From positions 5,450-69,449 of IMG/VR virus record IMGVR_UViG_3300014887_000002: DNA of 64,000 bases; one strand, given 5' to 3'. Below are positions 29,362 to 39,196 of the stretch, piece after piece. The notes below the pieces were generated by a model. It searched no databases, was not told where the DNA came from, and was given only the letters and a program-made list of their open reading frames with translations. This DNA comes from a virus. The position numbers were made by a program, and so were the translations under genes. Positions within the stretch are counted from its first letter, which is position 1. The number at the start of each line of letters is the position of its first letter.

Positions 29362-29894
29362 TCGTCTTTATACTTATCAAGTAGGACCTGAAGATAATGC
29401 CTAGACAGCTCAAAAATCGGCGGCTGGAAACGAGCAAGGCTCCTAAGACGGCTTAGTAGCTCCCGCGATACTGACAAATACTCTGCCACTGTCAAAGTCT
29501 GATCTATTAGTCGAATAGCTAGTAAGATGTCCACTTCAAGGTCCTTGTTATTCTCGAATGCCCTATTCCAGTTATAGAGGAGGGTCAATAGCTGTCTGAT
29601 CATTTCACGCATTTCTGAATCTAACGGATTTTCGATAATAAGTACCTTGGTCTCCTGAAGAAAGCTATCAAGGACGGCTCTTTTGGCTTTAGGCTTTACA
29701 TTATCTCTCCTCATCTTCGCCTCCACATCGTCTATGGCCTTGTTTAGTTCTAGTTTATAGAGCTTCTTCCACTTTGAGCCATATAGTTCTGAAAGAATCC
29801 GCCTATCGAGAAGCCTTTTTAAATACTCTATTTCTTGCATACTCATACGCCTCCAACAGCAGTTTAATAGATGCCTTCTTTTCTGGTATAACAC
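29358..29894 (-). CDS. helical hypothetical protein coupled to the radical SAM pair
   Basis: Overlaps rSAM stop and next start; likely start MSMQEIEY (~29846). Confidence 0.6.
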   Translation of the reverse strand: MLYQKRRHLLNCCWRRMSMQEIEYLKRLLDRRILSELYGSKWKKLYKLELNKAIDDVEAKMRRDNVKPKAKRAVLDSFLQETKVLIIENPLDSEMREMIRQLLTLLYNWNRAFENNKDLEVDILLAIRLIDQTLTVAEYLSVSRELLSRLRSLARFQPPIFELSRHYLQVLLDKYKDE

Positions 29895-31140
29895 GAGACA
29901 ACATATCCTGCAATAAGCCTAGCTTCTTAAGCTCCAATATGATACCTAGTATCTTCCAATGCTCAGCCATGCAGACTGTTGGGATGGGAGCAAACATATT
30001 GCCTGTAGCCTCAAACTGGGCTCCTAGACATCCGCCACTGCAGAGATATTTAAGTATACAAGACTCGCACACTGGGAAGTCTCTGGTAGTGGCAGATAAG
30101 ATGCTAATTAGGACTTCTGGGTTTCTAGCCTTTACGCCAACTATATGGCCCTTTCTGACGATGAATTTGCCGGCCACCAATGGCTCATAGGACAGCCTGT
30201 GGCAAGGCACGATAGCTAGGTCTCCCAATCGAACAGTCAGTGTGCTTTGTATTGCACAGCCTATGCCTCTACCACACGTTGTAAATGGAGAGCTAAGAAT
30301 GTTAAAGCCTCTGCCTTTAAAGATGAAATCAAAGAACGCCTTCGGATCCTGCTTAGCAATCTCCTCCCAAACATATCGGACTAAGAATCGCATGAATTTA
30401 TAGAGCTCGTATATTTGCCTCTCATTCCACTCCTCATTTCTGACTTCTAGCAAGTATAGGCTATCCTTAGGCAAGCCGTATTTCTCATGCATTTCCATGA
30501 ACCACAGGAAGTTCTTTTGCCATAGCTCTATGCCGTTTGAATAAATCATTGGATGGAAGCCGAAGCCCCATTTAGCAGCGAATGCAAAGGCCTTATCATA
30601 GAAGGCATCATCATAAGGCTTATTGCATTTGAATGGTCTATTAAGACCTTGCAAGTATTTACCATCTATAGACGCAGAGAGGAAGACCCGCCTAGCCTTT
30701 AGCCGTTCCTCTATCTCAGCTGTAAGCTCGTCATCATAGAGGAATGTCATGTTAGTCGGAATGACGATCTTAGCCTTAGGCAAATTCTCTAAGACGTAGT
30801 CGAGAATATCGAAGAAATACGGTAGCATCGTAGGCTCACCGGAGAAGATTTCTAGTCTTCCAGCAAAGTCTTTTTCCTTTAGCCAGTCTGTTAATATCTT
30901 GCTATTCCTGATAATCTTATCAGCTCTTCTTAGGCGCTTTGGATAAAGCTCATTACCATATCGCCTGAGGTAGCAATAGCGGCAATTCAGATTACAGTCT
31001 GTAGTAATGTAGTATTCGACGTTATCGAAATTCATTAAGCCTTCTTTTAGTCCCCTTTCAAATGTATGGCTCAAGACAGAGGCCAGCAGCCTATTCTGTT
31101 CTTTGTAATACGTCTTTGAGGAGTTCTCTAAAGGCTCCAT
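29803..31140 (-). CDS. radical SAM/SPASM peptide-maturase-like enzyme 2
   Basis: CNLNCRYC, SGEP, SIDG, full SPASM: CGRGIGC...PCHR...CESCILKYLCSGGCLG...C. Confidence 0.9.
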   Translation of the reverse strand: MEPLENSSKTYYKEQNRLLASVLSHTFERGLKEGLMNFDNVEYYITTDCNLNCRYCYLRRYGNELYPKRLRRADKIIRNSKILTDWLKEKDFAGRLEIFSGEPTMLPYFFDILDYVLENLPKAKIVIPTNMTFLYDDELTAEIEERLKARRVFLSASIDGKYLQGLNRPFKCNKPYDDAFYDKAFAFAAKWGFGFHPMIYSNGIELWQKNFLWFMEMHEKYGLPKDSLYLLEVRNEEWNERQIYELYKFMRFLVRYVWEEIAKQDPKAFFDFIFKGRGFNILSSPFTTCGRGIGCAIQSTLTVRLGDLAIVPCHRLSYEPLVAGKFIVRKGHIVGVKARNPEVLISILSATTRDFPVCESCILKYLCSGGCLGAQFEATGNMFAPIPTVCMAEHWKILGIILELKKLGLLQDMLSRVIPEKKASIKLLLEAYEYARNRVFKKASR

Positions 31141-32377
31141 TGCCCCACAACTTTATCAACGTAGTAGGCATCACATTGACTGATGACGTATTGAGGATAT
31201 TCTCCATAGGACAAGAAAAGGCAGTGTTAAGGAATAAGGCAAGGAGGGTAGCTATGTCATCATTGAGATATACTGAGGATATCTGACCAGCTATAGCTAG
31301 TTCTTTGATCAGGGATACTGTGCTAACCAATTTATTCCTCCAGAAGTCATGATAGCATCGCAATGCATATTTGAGCCTAAGGACCTTCTCTTCATCGTCT
31401 ATAGGTACGATGTAAAATTTATTCAGCAAGTCTATTGCATTCCGCTCTAGCAAGGACACATCCCAGTTCTTATATTCCGGCATCTTAAGGATCTCTTCTA
31501 GATATCGCTCCTCATTGAGGAAGAATGTTCGATGACATATGTGCAGGCAAGCCTTATGATCAAAGCCAAAATTAGAGTCGCCTCCTGAGCAAGTGAACAT
31601 TGATGGCTTCATTGGCAAGGCGGGATAGAAATCCATTAACCGGCAGAATCTCCAAGTATAGGATGAGGCGTGGTATTTATGCAGCTCTTGCAGGAATCTA
31701 CCAAATAACCGTCCATCGTCTACAGTATATCGACCAGGAACCTCTAGGGTATAATTAAAACTGGGCTTGAATATCACCTTTTTATTTTTGATAGATCTGA
31801 CGATTCTCGATTCTAGATCCTGGCCGAAATCAAGGACATCTTTCATTAAGTTATTTTCCAAAATATATTCCATATTAGCTGGCGTTAATGTAGGCTTCAA
31901 TTTAAGCTCCACCTCGGTGGGCAATTCTTTGTGATTGAGCCAGTCTATGAAGGCGAAGATGTTATCCATGACCTTGGCTAATATGCCGGGCATTCTGTTC
32001 ATGCCATTTATGTATTCAGGTCCATCAATAGAAAACTGAATATCCAGCTTGTAGCCGTGGCTTACGACAGCATTAGTTATTTTCTTTAAATTCCCCAAAT
32101 TTGTTCCATTTGTTGAGAATGATATGTTTTCTAGGTGAGGCAGATGCCTTGAGGCTTCCTTGAGACAGCTGATTACTAGCTCGACCGGTAAGGTTGGCTC
32201 AGCGCCCCAAAAACCAAGATATTTAAGTGAAGTCGGTAACTTCCTCATAAGAGAGGGCATAACCCTGAGAGTCTCTTGCAAATACCCCATGCTCTTGCCT
32301 TTTGGGATATAACAATATCTACAGCGAAGATTGCATATAGAAGAAATGAATATTTCGATAGACGTCATAATTCTCAC
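31091..32377 (-). CDS. radical SAM enzyme 1 (degenerate SPASM)
   Basis: CNLRCRYC, WGAEP, STNG, SIDG, CSGG...ICHR; later Cys cluster largely lost. Confidence 0.9.
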   Translation of the reverse strand: MRIMTSIEIFISSICNLRCRYCYIPKGKSMGYLQETLRVMPSLMRKLPTSLKYLGFWGAEPTLPVELVISCLKEASRHLPHLENISFSTNGTNLGNLKKITNAVVSHGYKLDIQFSIDGPEYINGMNRMPGILAKVMDNIFAFIDWLNHKELPTEVELKLKPTLTPANMEYILENNLMKDVLDFGQDLESRIVRSIKNKKVIFKPSFNYTLEVPGRYTVDDGRLFGRFLQELHKYHASSYTWRFCRLMDFYPALPMKPSMFTCSGGDSNFGFDHKACLHICHRTFFLNEERYLEEILKMPEYKNWDVSLLERNAIDLLNKFYIVPIDDEEKVLRLKYALRCYHDFWRNKLVSTVSLIKELAIAGQISSVYLNDDIATLLALFLNTAFSCPMENILNTSSVNVMPTTLIKLWGNGAFRELLKDVLQRTE

Positions 32378-32721
32378 CTAACATCAGAGTTATATGAATC
32401 ATCGACATAGGTGTTTTCGCCATTATCATAAGACAAATCCTCGCCTGCATAATAAGTGGCCTCGGCAGTCGAATTATACGGATCATAGTCGGAGTCCTTA
32501 TAAGCGTCACGCTGAATAGTATTTATAGTCGAATCGTGGCCATTGTCGACGGAGCTGTAATCATCGCTATCAACATTTAGATCGTACGCCGAATGAACGC
32601 CTGATTTGTGCGTAATACACGCGAGATTATCCTTAATCGAGTCGATGTTCTGACGAAGTTCAACGATATGGCTTTTTCGAATAATATCACCGATCTCAAT
32701 AGAAGACCATTCAAAGGCCAT
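32374..32721 (-). CDS. leader + tetrapeptide-repeat protein 2 (putative rSAM substrate)
   Basis: W..I..GDIIR.SH..ELR motif, then C-x-x-HKSG and ~19 four-residue units. Confidence 0.75.
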   Translation of the reverse strand: MAFEWSSIEIGDIIRKSHIVELRQNIDSIKDNLACITHKSGVHSAYDLNVDSDDYSSVDNGHDSTINTIQRDAYKDSDYDPYNSTAEATYYAGEDLSYDNGENTYVDDSYNSDVR

Positions 32722-32735
32722 GTCTACGCTTTATA

Positions 32736-33302
32736 TTAGCCTTCAGAACCATAATAAGCTCCATGCTCAGTTTGAAAATCGTTATTATGCTCGACTTTAT
32801 AGTATGCACCTCTATGGTCCCAATATACGGTGGGGTCAGCACCTGATTCATAATCGTCACGATTGTCGGAATAGAATAATGTGCGATTGCTAACCCAATG
32901 AGACCCATAAACATCCGAATAATAGGAACCCCGGTCTGTCGAAAAATCTCCGCTTTTATGCGAAGATTCAAAGCTCGAATCATAGCTACTGTTTTCTCCT
33001 GATTCAACTCCGCTTTTGTGACTGCCATCATAATTAGAATCATCACTGTAATCCACAGAGATTCGATAACCGCTAAAGTGATATCGACAGTAGTTCATAT
33101 CATCTGCATAGTCAGTCTTATCTCTTAGCTCTTGGATATGATCTTTCTTGATGATCTCACCTACACTAACAGGGAAATAGGTCCAAGACGGCGGACTCAA
33201 GAGCAATTCGTCATATAAGTCTTCCAGATTATCCTTGATTTCATTGAAATGCGATGCTCTAATTATATCGCCCTTATTGATAGGAGTCCAAGAATAGCCC
33301 AT
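32736..33302 (-). CDS. leader + tetrapeptide-repeat protein 1 (putative rSAM substrate)
   Basis: Two copies of the W..(I/V)..G.II...H..E motif, then C-x-x-HFSG and ~28 four-residue units. Confidence 0.75.
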   Translation of the reverse strand: MGYSWTPINKGDIIRASHFNEIKDNLEDLYDELLLSPPSWTYFPVSVGEIIKKDHIQELRDKTDYADDMNYCRYHFSGYRISVDYSDDSNYDGSHKSGVESGENSSYDSSFESSHKSGDFSTDRGSYYSDVYGSHWVSNRTLFYSDNRDDYESGADPTVYWDHRGAYYKVEHNNDFQTEHGAYYGSEG

Positions 33303-33314
33303 AGCTCTGCCCTA

Positions 33315-33521
33315 TTATCCGTACACAGCTAGTGGGCCTAATGGCTTCCAGGATGTGCCATCATAGATATATAGGCAGTGCTCATCGAGTTTGTAGAAGA
33401 CATCGCCTTCATCGGGATCCTCTGGGAAGGAGAGGCCACTCTTGAAATAATGTGCGCCTTCTAGCCACTCCTGTTTTGACAGCTCATCGCCAACATCCCT
33501 ATGCTCTATTCCCTTAGCCAT
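33315..33521 (-). CDS. small tail-fibre-type protein
   Basis: FPEDPDEGDVFY..D...LYIYDGTSW motif typical of fibre proteins. Confidence 0.6.
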   Translation of the reverse strand: MAKGIEHRDVGDELSKQEWLEGAHYFKSGLSFPEDPDEGDVFYKLDEHCLYIYDGTSWKPLGPLAVYG

Positions 33522-33522
33522 A

Positions 33523-34965
33523 TCACAGATCGAATTCTATGCCAAACATAGTCCTGGTAACAGACTCATAATCACATAAGCCTATTCTAAGCCTAGGCCT
33601 AAATCTGCCATCATCGGTGTGGAGCCAATCGCCCATACCAGCTCCAGAAGCATAAGAGTGAATCTGGGTGGAGATTGTGAATTCAATTTGGTCAGTAAAT
33701 GCCGGATTGTCTAGTTGGACATCGGCAATACGCTCTGAATCATAATCGAGATACGTATTGGCCGAAGCATAGCCCCTGCATTTGGCAACAAACTTAATGG
33801 AGTCAGTCGAGTCATCCCACCAGACATCGCCATAGTCTATACCGTTTAGGTCCCAGTTCTTAACGATAGTCGGCTCAGAAGAAAAGTCATACGTATCATC
33901 TATAAGGTCGATGTAGCCTATTTTCCAAAACTTTGACGACGTAGCATTTGGTGCATGAAAGACCATAAAATAGGTCTTATCCTTCTCGAGAGGCAGTCCT
34001 TTGATGAAATTATGCTGAAGATAAGTTGTAGCGATAGACCTCGGTACATCAGCGCCATGCCAAGCTATTCTGTCTGAGGATGGGACTATACTACCAGGCA
34101 GATCGGATTCTTCTTCCTGTATATGACCTTTGAGAACGTCTGGAATCTCAGAGCCCGATATCGAGACCTTCGCTAATACAGCCGATAAAATATCTCTTCG
34201 GAGAGGCGGCATACCAAATTTTTGAGCCACAAATTTATTGGGTGAATCGAGGACGAAAAAGCCAGCATTGCTTTCTGCTCGCCTAGAGGGCATTAGCCGC
34301 TCATAAGCCCTAGCCCCCACAACCAGAGACTTATTAATGACAGTTTCATCGGATTTCTCTATAGGCGTCATTCTGATGATATCCCCTTCTGTAACCGTAA
34401 ATTGGACTGTAGGCTCTATCTCATAATAATGCAACTTGCCGAAGTTGTCGACATAGAAATGCCTGCCATCAAACTTTGATATTCTGGCTATCGCATCACC
34501 GACTGCCATGAGCGAGACATCTATCTTCTCGATATAATTACCTTCGTGGTTTGTGACATCCGGTGGAATGACATATATGCCCCCGCCTGAGCAGTATGAA
34601 GCGACAAGGGAGGAGACAATATAGCAAGAATAGCAAGACTCATAGACTGTGTGCTCGGGAATGTGGAAGCGCCACAGGTCGTATGTCTTCCCAATGCATT
34701 GAATGTCGATAACTGGAGTGCCACCCAATGCCTGCTGTATCCTCGAAATATATCCAGTAAATTCGAGAGAGTCATTAATATAGATATGAACAGTGTCATT
34801 GATTGTGAACTGAGTAGGGTCACAGTCGAATAAACTTATTTTGGCGTCCTTAAAGTATTTCTCATTAGAGTTGGTGATCTCTAATAGCCTGACTTTATTA
34901 TCAGCCCCTGTGATTGTCATAGCATTTGACTGCCCAGATCTAAATATAATCTTAAATGTCGTCAT
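33523..34965 (-). CDS. tail tip/hub-like protein, N-terminal half
   Basis: Follows TMP; EFTGYISRI, IQCIG, FYVDNFGKLHY, INKSLVVG pattern of hub proteins. Confidence 0.65.
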   Translation of the reverse strand: MTTFKIIFRSGQSNAMTITGADNKVRLLEITNSNEKYFKDAKISLFDCDPTQFTINDTVHIYINDSLEFTGYISRIQQALGGTPVIDIQCIGKTYDLWRFHIPEHTVYESCYSCYIVSSLVASYCSGGGIYVIPPDVTNHEGNYIEKIDVSLMAVGDAIARISKFDGRHFYVDNFGKLHYYEIEPTVQFTVTEGDIIRMTPIEKSDETVINKSLVVGARAYERLMPSRRAESNAGFFVLDSPNKFVAQKFGMPPLRRDILSAVLAKVSISGSEIPDVLKGHIQEEESDLPGSIVPSSDRIAWHGADVPRSIATTYLQHNFIKGLPLEKDKTYFMVFHAPNATSSKFWKIGYIDLIDDTYDFSSEPTIVKNWDLNGIDYGDVWWDDSTDSIKFVAKCRGYASANTYLDYDSERIADVQLDNPAFTDQIEFTISTQIHSYASGAGMGDWLHTDDGRFRPRLRIGLCDYESVTRTMFGIEFDL

Positions 34966-37900
34966 GTTGGCGCAGCTGATCTAGCGCGATACTTCAACTC
35001 ATTCAGAAACTCCTCAACATTCATTACACCCTGAACATATATCGGACCGGTGATAGTCCAGTTTTCAGTGAAAGTCGTGGAGATGGCAGGTGTGAGTTCA
35101 CCATATAATCCGCCGTATTGAGCAGTGAGCTCCGGCAGATATTTTGGAATGAATGCGGCAAGGAGTTTTGCTGTGCGATGAGGATAATTCAGGGGCAGGA
35201 GCAGCTCTGGTCCTTTCTCGCCCGCTATAAGTATAGTCGGCCTACGAATCAGCCCACCAAATTGGCCATAGGGAATCCCCTCTTCTATAAGGCGTTGGAA
35301 TTCTTCTTTTGATATTACTCCTGGTTCTGGCCAGCTTTTGCCCATTTGCTCCCATACTTCCTTCGGCACGAGGATGGGTATGCCCATTGGCCCTGGGATA
35401 GGCATGTATTCAGGTCCTGCCTCCTCTGCGACCTTCTTAACCTTGACCTTTATAGTCACAGTCCACGTTTTGGCTATATCATCCAAAGCCTCCTCCAGAG
35501 TTTTGAGTTCATCCCGTATAGCCCGAATATTTGGTATGGCCCTCTCTTTCGCTCTTTCCACTGCTGAATTAAAGTCATCCCAAGAATCGGCACCGGGAAT
35601 GAGAGGCAATATATCATGATAAGAAATCGTTCGATACAAGCCTAAATAAGCTTCGCCTACCTTAGCTATCGTTAGGGCTGCGACAGCTTGCTCTTCAGTC
35701 AGGGTATCCCACGTTATAGTCTGATCATTCAAGGTCTCCCGAATTCGTTGAAGCATGAGGTCTGAATCGCCAAGGGCATCGGTGAAGACGCCCAGCCCTC
35801 TTGCTGCCTCCATAAAGGCGCCCTCCATAGTGGAGGTTGCCTCTGAGCTCATATACACTGACCGCCAATAGTTCCAAATTGTCTCGGTAATGCTAGCGAA
35901 ATTTTCACGTTGGCTTTGCAAAGCTGCTGTCAAATCCTGCTCAGCTATTTTGAGTTCCTTTGATATTCCAAGCAAATCATAATATGCCGCTGCCAAATCT
36001 CCAGTCGCCACGTCACTCTTAACCAATTCTCCCAAAAGCGTTTGTAGGCTAGACCGAAGCTCGTTAAGGCTCTCCCTATATTCGGCCAATGCATCTACAT
36101 ATTCCAATGCAATATCCACTTGGTCCGAACTAAGGAATTCTGGCGGCGCTGGAAGTGCCTTACCGGCAGCCTTGGCCTCTTCATAAGCTGCAACCCATTC
36201 TAATAATTCACGTCTCTGCTTTGGCGTTAATGTACTAAGTAGGCGAGAGAATTTTATCTGAGCCTTCATCATAGCGCCATAAGATTCTTCCATCCTCTTT
36301 CTGCCCTCTATGAGATCTTCAGTGATCCAGCCCTCTTTGATCAAGGCATCCCATATATCTCGTATTTCCTTGAGCGAGATATGTCGGAGCTTATATAACT
36401 TTTCTTCAATATCGAGGACCTTCTTTTCAGACTCTGCGAGATTCCTGAATTTTTCGGCTAGCACTTTGTTTATATTATCATGGATAAAAAGAAGAGCGTT
36501 GAGCTTAGCCTCAAGCTCCAGCCTCTTAGCCTCCAATTCTTGAAGCATATACTGTTTCTCATAAAGGTCCATCATCGTCTCTGCGACCTGCCTCTCCGCT
36601 GCATCAAGGCCCTCCAGTATATTTGTTCTATCTGCCTCTAAGTTCTTCAGCTCCTCTGTGATATCCCGCCGCTCTTCCCCGATCTCGATCATATTTTGAC
36701 CAACTGTGATTAGGCGATTCCAGAGGTTTAATGCTCTCTCAGACTGTGCGCCTTCCTCCGCAACGGCCTTTGCATATTCATCCATCAAGCGCTCTTTCTC
36801 TGAAAATAGTTCATTATCCCTTCTTTCTAGTTGTGCAACCCGATATTTCTTCTCGTAATATTGATCGAGATTAGTAGCCAGCTCGGTCAGACTAGGACTA
36901 AGAGAGGATAATATCTTTATCAGATTAGTGAAGTGCGTGTTAACATCCGCTTCTGCCTCCTTTAGATCCTCCTCTGCACGCTTAATTGCCTCCAGCACCT
37001 CCTGGAATTCCTCTCCTCTTTCTCTGGCCTCTTCAAAACGAGCCTTTTGCTCCGCAAGCACTTCATTTGCCTCTTTGACTCGTCGAACTGCATCCTGCCA
37101 TGCCTCGAATTCCGAAATGATTTCTGGCAATTTATCGCGTACTTTATCTGCTACTGTCGGAATGATGCCAAGGGCCTCTCCAATCCTCCTTCCGAAGCCG
37201 GCGATTTCGTCTTTAAAGGTCGCTATAAATGGTAATGCGGCTGATAAAGCCGTAACTAACAAGCCAAATGGCCCGGTTACAGCTATCTTTAGGAGCTTGA
37301 GGGCAAAGATCACCGACATCAAATTGCCTACGGCATTAATGGCCGCAACCCCAAATTTATTAAGGCCCGCCTCCACAGCCGCGCTGCCCACCACTACTCC
37401 TGCCATTGCCGGAAGCATCGCTGCGAATGCTGTCTTGAGGGATATAGCCCTGTCACGCACATTAGCCAATGTGATCGCCAGGAGCGTTAATGCTGTGACG
37501 GCAGCCTTTGCCATGTCTGGTATTTTGTCGCCAGCTAGAGTGAATGCTATCATTTCAGCTGTAAGGAGACCAAAGGAGCCCCACAGCACCCTCGCAGTAG
37601 TGTTGAGCTTAAGAGTCCTGTCGAGGAATACTGCGATATTTACGCCTGCTTGTTTTAGAGCAGCTCCAAAGCCATAAGTGGAAAGAGTTGCAGCTATTAA
37701 GTTCTTGTTAAGGACCGAAAATAAGAAGGAGAGAACTTTAAGTATACCCAAGGTGAATACTGCAGCAGAAGCGGTGGAAATTAGTATCCCGATAAATGTC
37801 TTGCCACCTGCACCTGCAGCACCAAATATTTTACCGAGAATGGAAAGGGGAGCCAGCATTGCACGGAAAGCTGGTAGGGCATAAGTTCTGATGGCGTCCG

Positions 37901-39194
37901 CAGTAGTAACAATTACAGGCTTAAGGCGACTGCCGAAGTCTTCTGCTAATAGGACTACCGCATTCCGGAGAAGGCGAAGAGCTCCCCAAAGAGTAGCTAT
38001 TTGCTTAGAGGCTATTTCTTCAGTTATTCCAGCGGAAGTTCTTAGGACAGAAGAGAGATGAGCAACTTCGTCGGCATTTTCAACCAATGCTATCGCTGCA
38101 GCCGCTGTTCTTGCTCTAAACATTGCAGAGGCCTCTGCAGCGCTGAAGCCAGCCGCTCTAAGCTTATAGAGGATATCGACAAGAGAAGTTGTTTCGGGAT
38201 TTAGCTCAGCCACTGATAAGCCTAGCGATGCTAATGCCTTCTCGGCCTCCTGAGTTGGTTTAAGCAATTTAGTCAGTATCATATTGAGTCTCTGGCCAGC
38301 CTGTGATCCCTCATAACCACGATCCACGAGAACCGCTAATGACGCTAATACTTGTTCCAAAGGAATACGTAGCTCTCCGGCTATAGCCCCAACATATTTC
38401 AGGCCTTCAGAGAGCCTCTGGGCGTTTAGGAATGAATGGGATATAACAGCAGTGAATTTATCAACAATGGAAGCCGTAGTCTCGCCTTGTTCCCCAAATT
38501 CTTTTAGCGTCTTAATGACTATCTCAGTAGCATCGGCCAGATCAATCTGTTGAGCAGCAGCATAATTTAATATCGGCAGGAATTCCTTCTCAGTGAATTT
38601 AGTGACGTCATAGCCTGCCGATGCAACTGAATACATTGCCTCTGCTATTTCGTTAGCGGAATAGATTGTCTTAGCCGATAATCGTAGTGCAAACCGCCTT
38701 ATAGCCTCGACAGCATTATCAAATGCCCTGCCGAAATATCCTGAGACGGAGGCAGCCATTACGACTGCTTTCTCGAACTCCTGGAATGTATTGACTGCCC
38801 AAGTTAGGGCTCTTATGGACCGCATGACTATCTGAACTCCAATAGTGAAGCTCAAATAATGCTCGATGTGCTGGGCTAATGCCCTTATACGAGACTGCCA
38901 AGCAGAGAGAGTCCTGTCAGCCTTAGAGACATCTATGACTGGGGTCCACTTGCCAGTCTCTAGCCATTCGAAGTGCCTTCTTAAGTCCTTGACGACTGGT
39001 GCGAATCTTCTGCTGACATTTCTCTTGAAGTGTGTTGCCCAATGACGCATTGATGTCGTGATGGGCCTAGACAGATTATCAGCTACTTGCCTGCCTATTG
39101 CTTTGGCTGCTAATGGGAATTTCTTTAGAGATGCTAATGCAGGCCGTATATCTATATCAAGCCGCCATGCATCATAAGAGACTGGACCAGGCAT
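34962..39194 (-). CDS. tail tape measure protein
   Basis: 1410 aa; TP901-type core (TIYSANEIAEAMY, GLKYVGAIA, GSQAGQRL), hydrophobic segment, long coiled coil; follows chaperone. Confidence 0.92.
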   Translation of the reverse strand: MPGPVSYDAWRLDIDIRPALASLKKFPLAAKAIGRQVADNLSRPITTSMRHWATHFKRNVSRRFAPVVKDLRRHFEWLETGKWTPVIDVSKADRTLSAWQSRIRALAQHIEHYLSFTIGVQIVMRSIRALTWAVNTFQEFEKAVVMAASVSGYFGRAFDNAVEAIRRFALRLSAKTIYSANEIAEAMYSVASAGYDVTKFTEKEFLPILNYAAAQQIDLADATEIVIKTLKEFGEQGETTASIVDKFTAVISHSFLNAQRLSEGLKYVGAIAGELRIPLEQVLASLAVLVDRGYEGSQAGQRLNMILTKLLKPTQEAEKALASLGLSVAELNPETTSLVDILYKLRAAGFSAAEASAMFRARTAAAAIALVENADEVAHLSSVLRTSAGITEEIASKQIATLWGALRLLRNAVVLLAEDFGSRLKPVIVTTADAIRTYALPAFRAMLAPLSILGKIFGAAGAGGKTFIGILISTASAAVFTLGILKVLSFLFSVLNKNLIAATLSTYGFGAALKQAGVNIAVFLDRTLKLNTTARVLWGSFGLLTAEMIAFTLAGDKIPDMAKAAVTALTLLAITLANVRDRAISLKTAFAAMLPAMAGVVVGSAAVEAGLNKFGVAAINAVGNLMSVIFALKLLKIAVTGPFGLLVTALSAALPFIATFKDEIAGFGRRIGEALGIIPTVADKVRDKLPEIISEFEAWQDAVRRVKEANEVLAEQKARFEEARERGEEFQEVLEAIKRAEEDLKEAEADVNTHFTNLIKILSSLSPSLTELATNLDQYYEKKYRVAQLERRDNELFSEKERLMDEYAKAVAEEGAQSERALNLWNRLITVGQNMIEIGEERRDITEELKNLEADRTNILEGLDAAERQVAETMMDLYEKQYMLQELEAKRLELEAKLNALLFIHDNINKVLAEKFRNLAESEKKVLDIEEKLYKLRHISLKEIRDIWDALIKEGWITEDLIEGRKRMEESYGAMMKAQIKFSRLLSTLTPKQRRELLEWVAAYEEAKAAGKALPAPPEFLSSDQVDIALEYVDALAEYRESLNELRSSLQTLLGELVKSDVATGDLAAAYYDLLGISKELKIAEQDLTAALQSQRENFASITETIWNYWRSVYMSSEATSTMEGAFMEAARGLGVFTDALGDSDLMLQRIRETLNDQTITWDTLTEEQAVAALTIAKVGEAYLGLYRTISYHDILPLIPGADSWDDFNSAVERAKERAIPNIRAIRDELKTLEEALDDIAKTWTVTIKVKVKKVAEEAGPEYMPIPGPMGIPILVPKEVWEQMGKSWPEPGVISKEEFQRLIEEGIPYGQFGGLIRRPTILIAGEKGPELLLPLNYPHRTAKLLAAFIPKYLPELTAQYGGLYGELTPAISTTFTENWTITGPIYVQGVMNVEEFLNELKYRARSAAPT

Positions 39195-39196
39195 AG

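Noticed and set aside
36928-37677. 249-aa antisense ORF and other opposite-strand or alternate-frame ORFs (e.g. 32711..33046, 47839..48306, 53313..53666)
   Set aside because: Shadows of well-supported genes, with no RBS or motifs.
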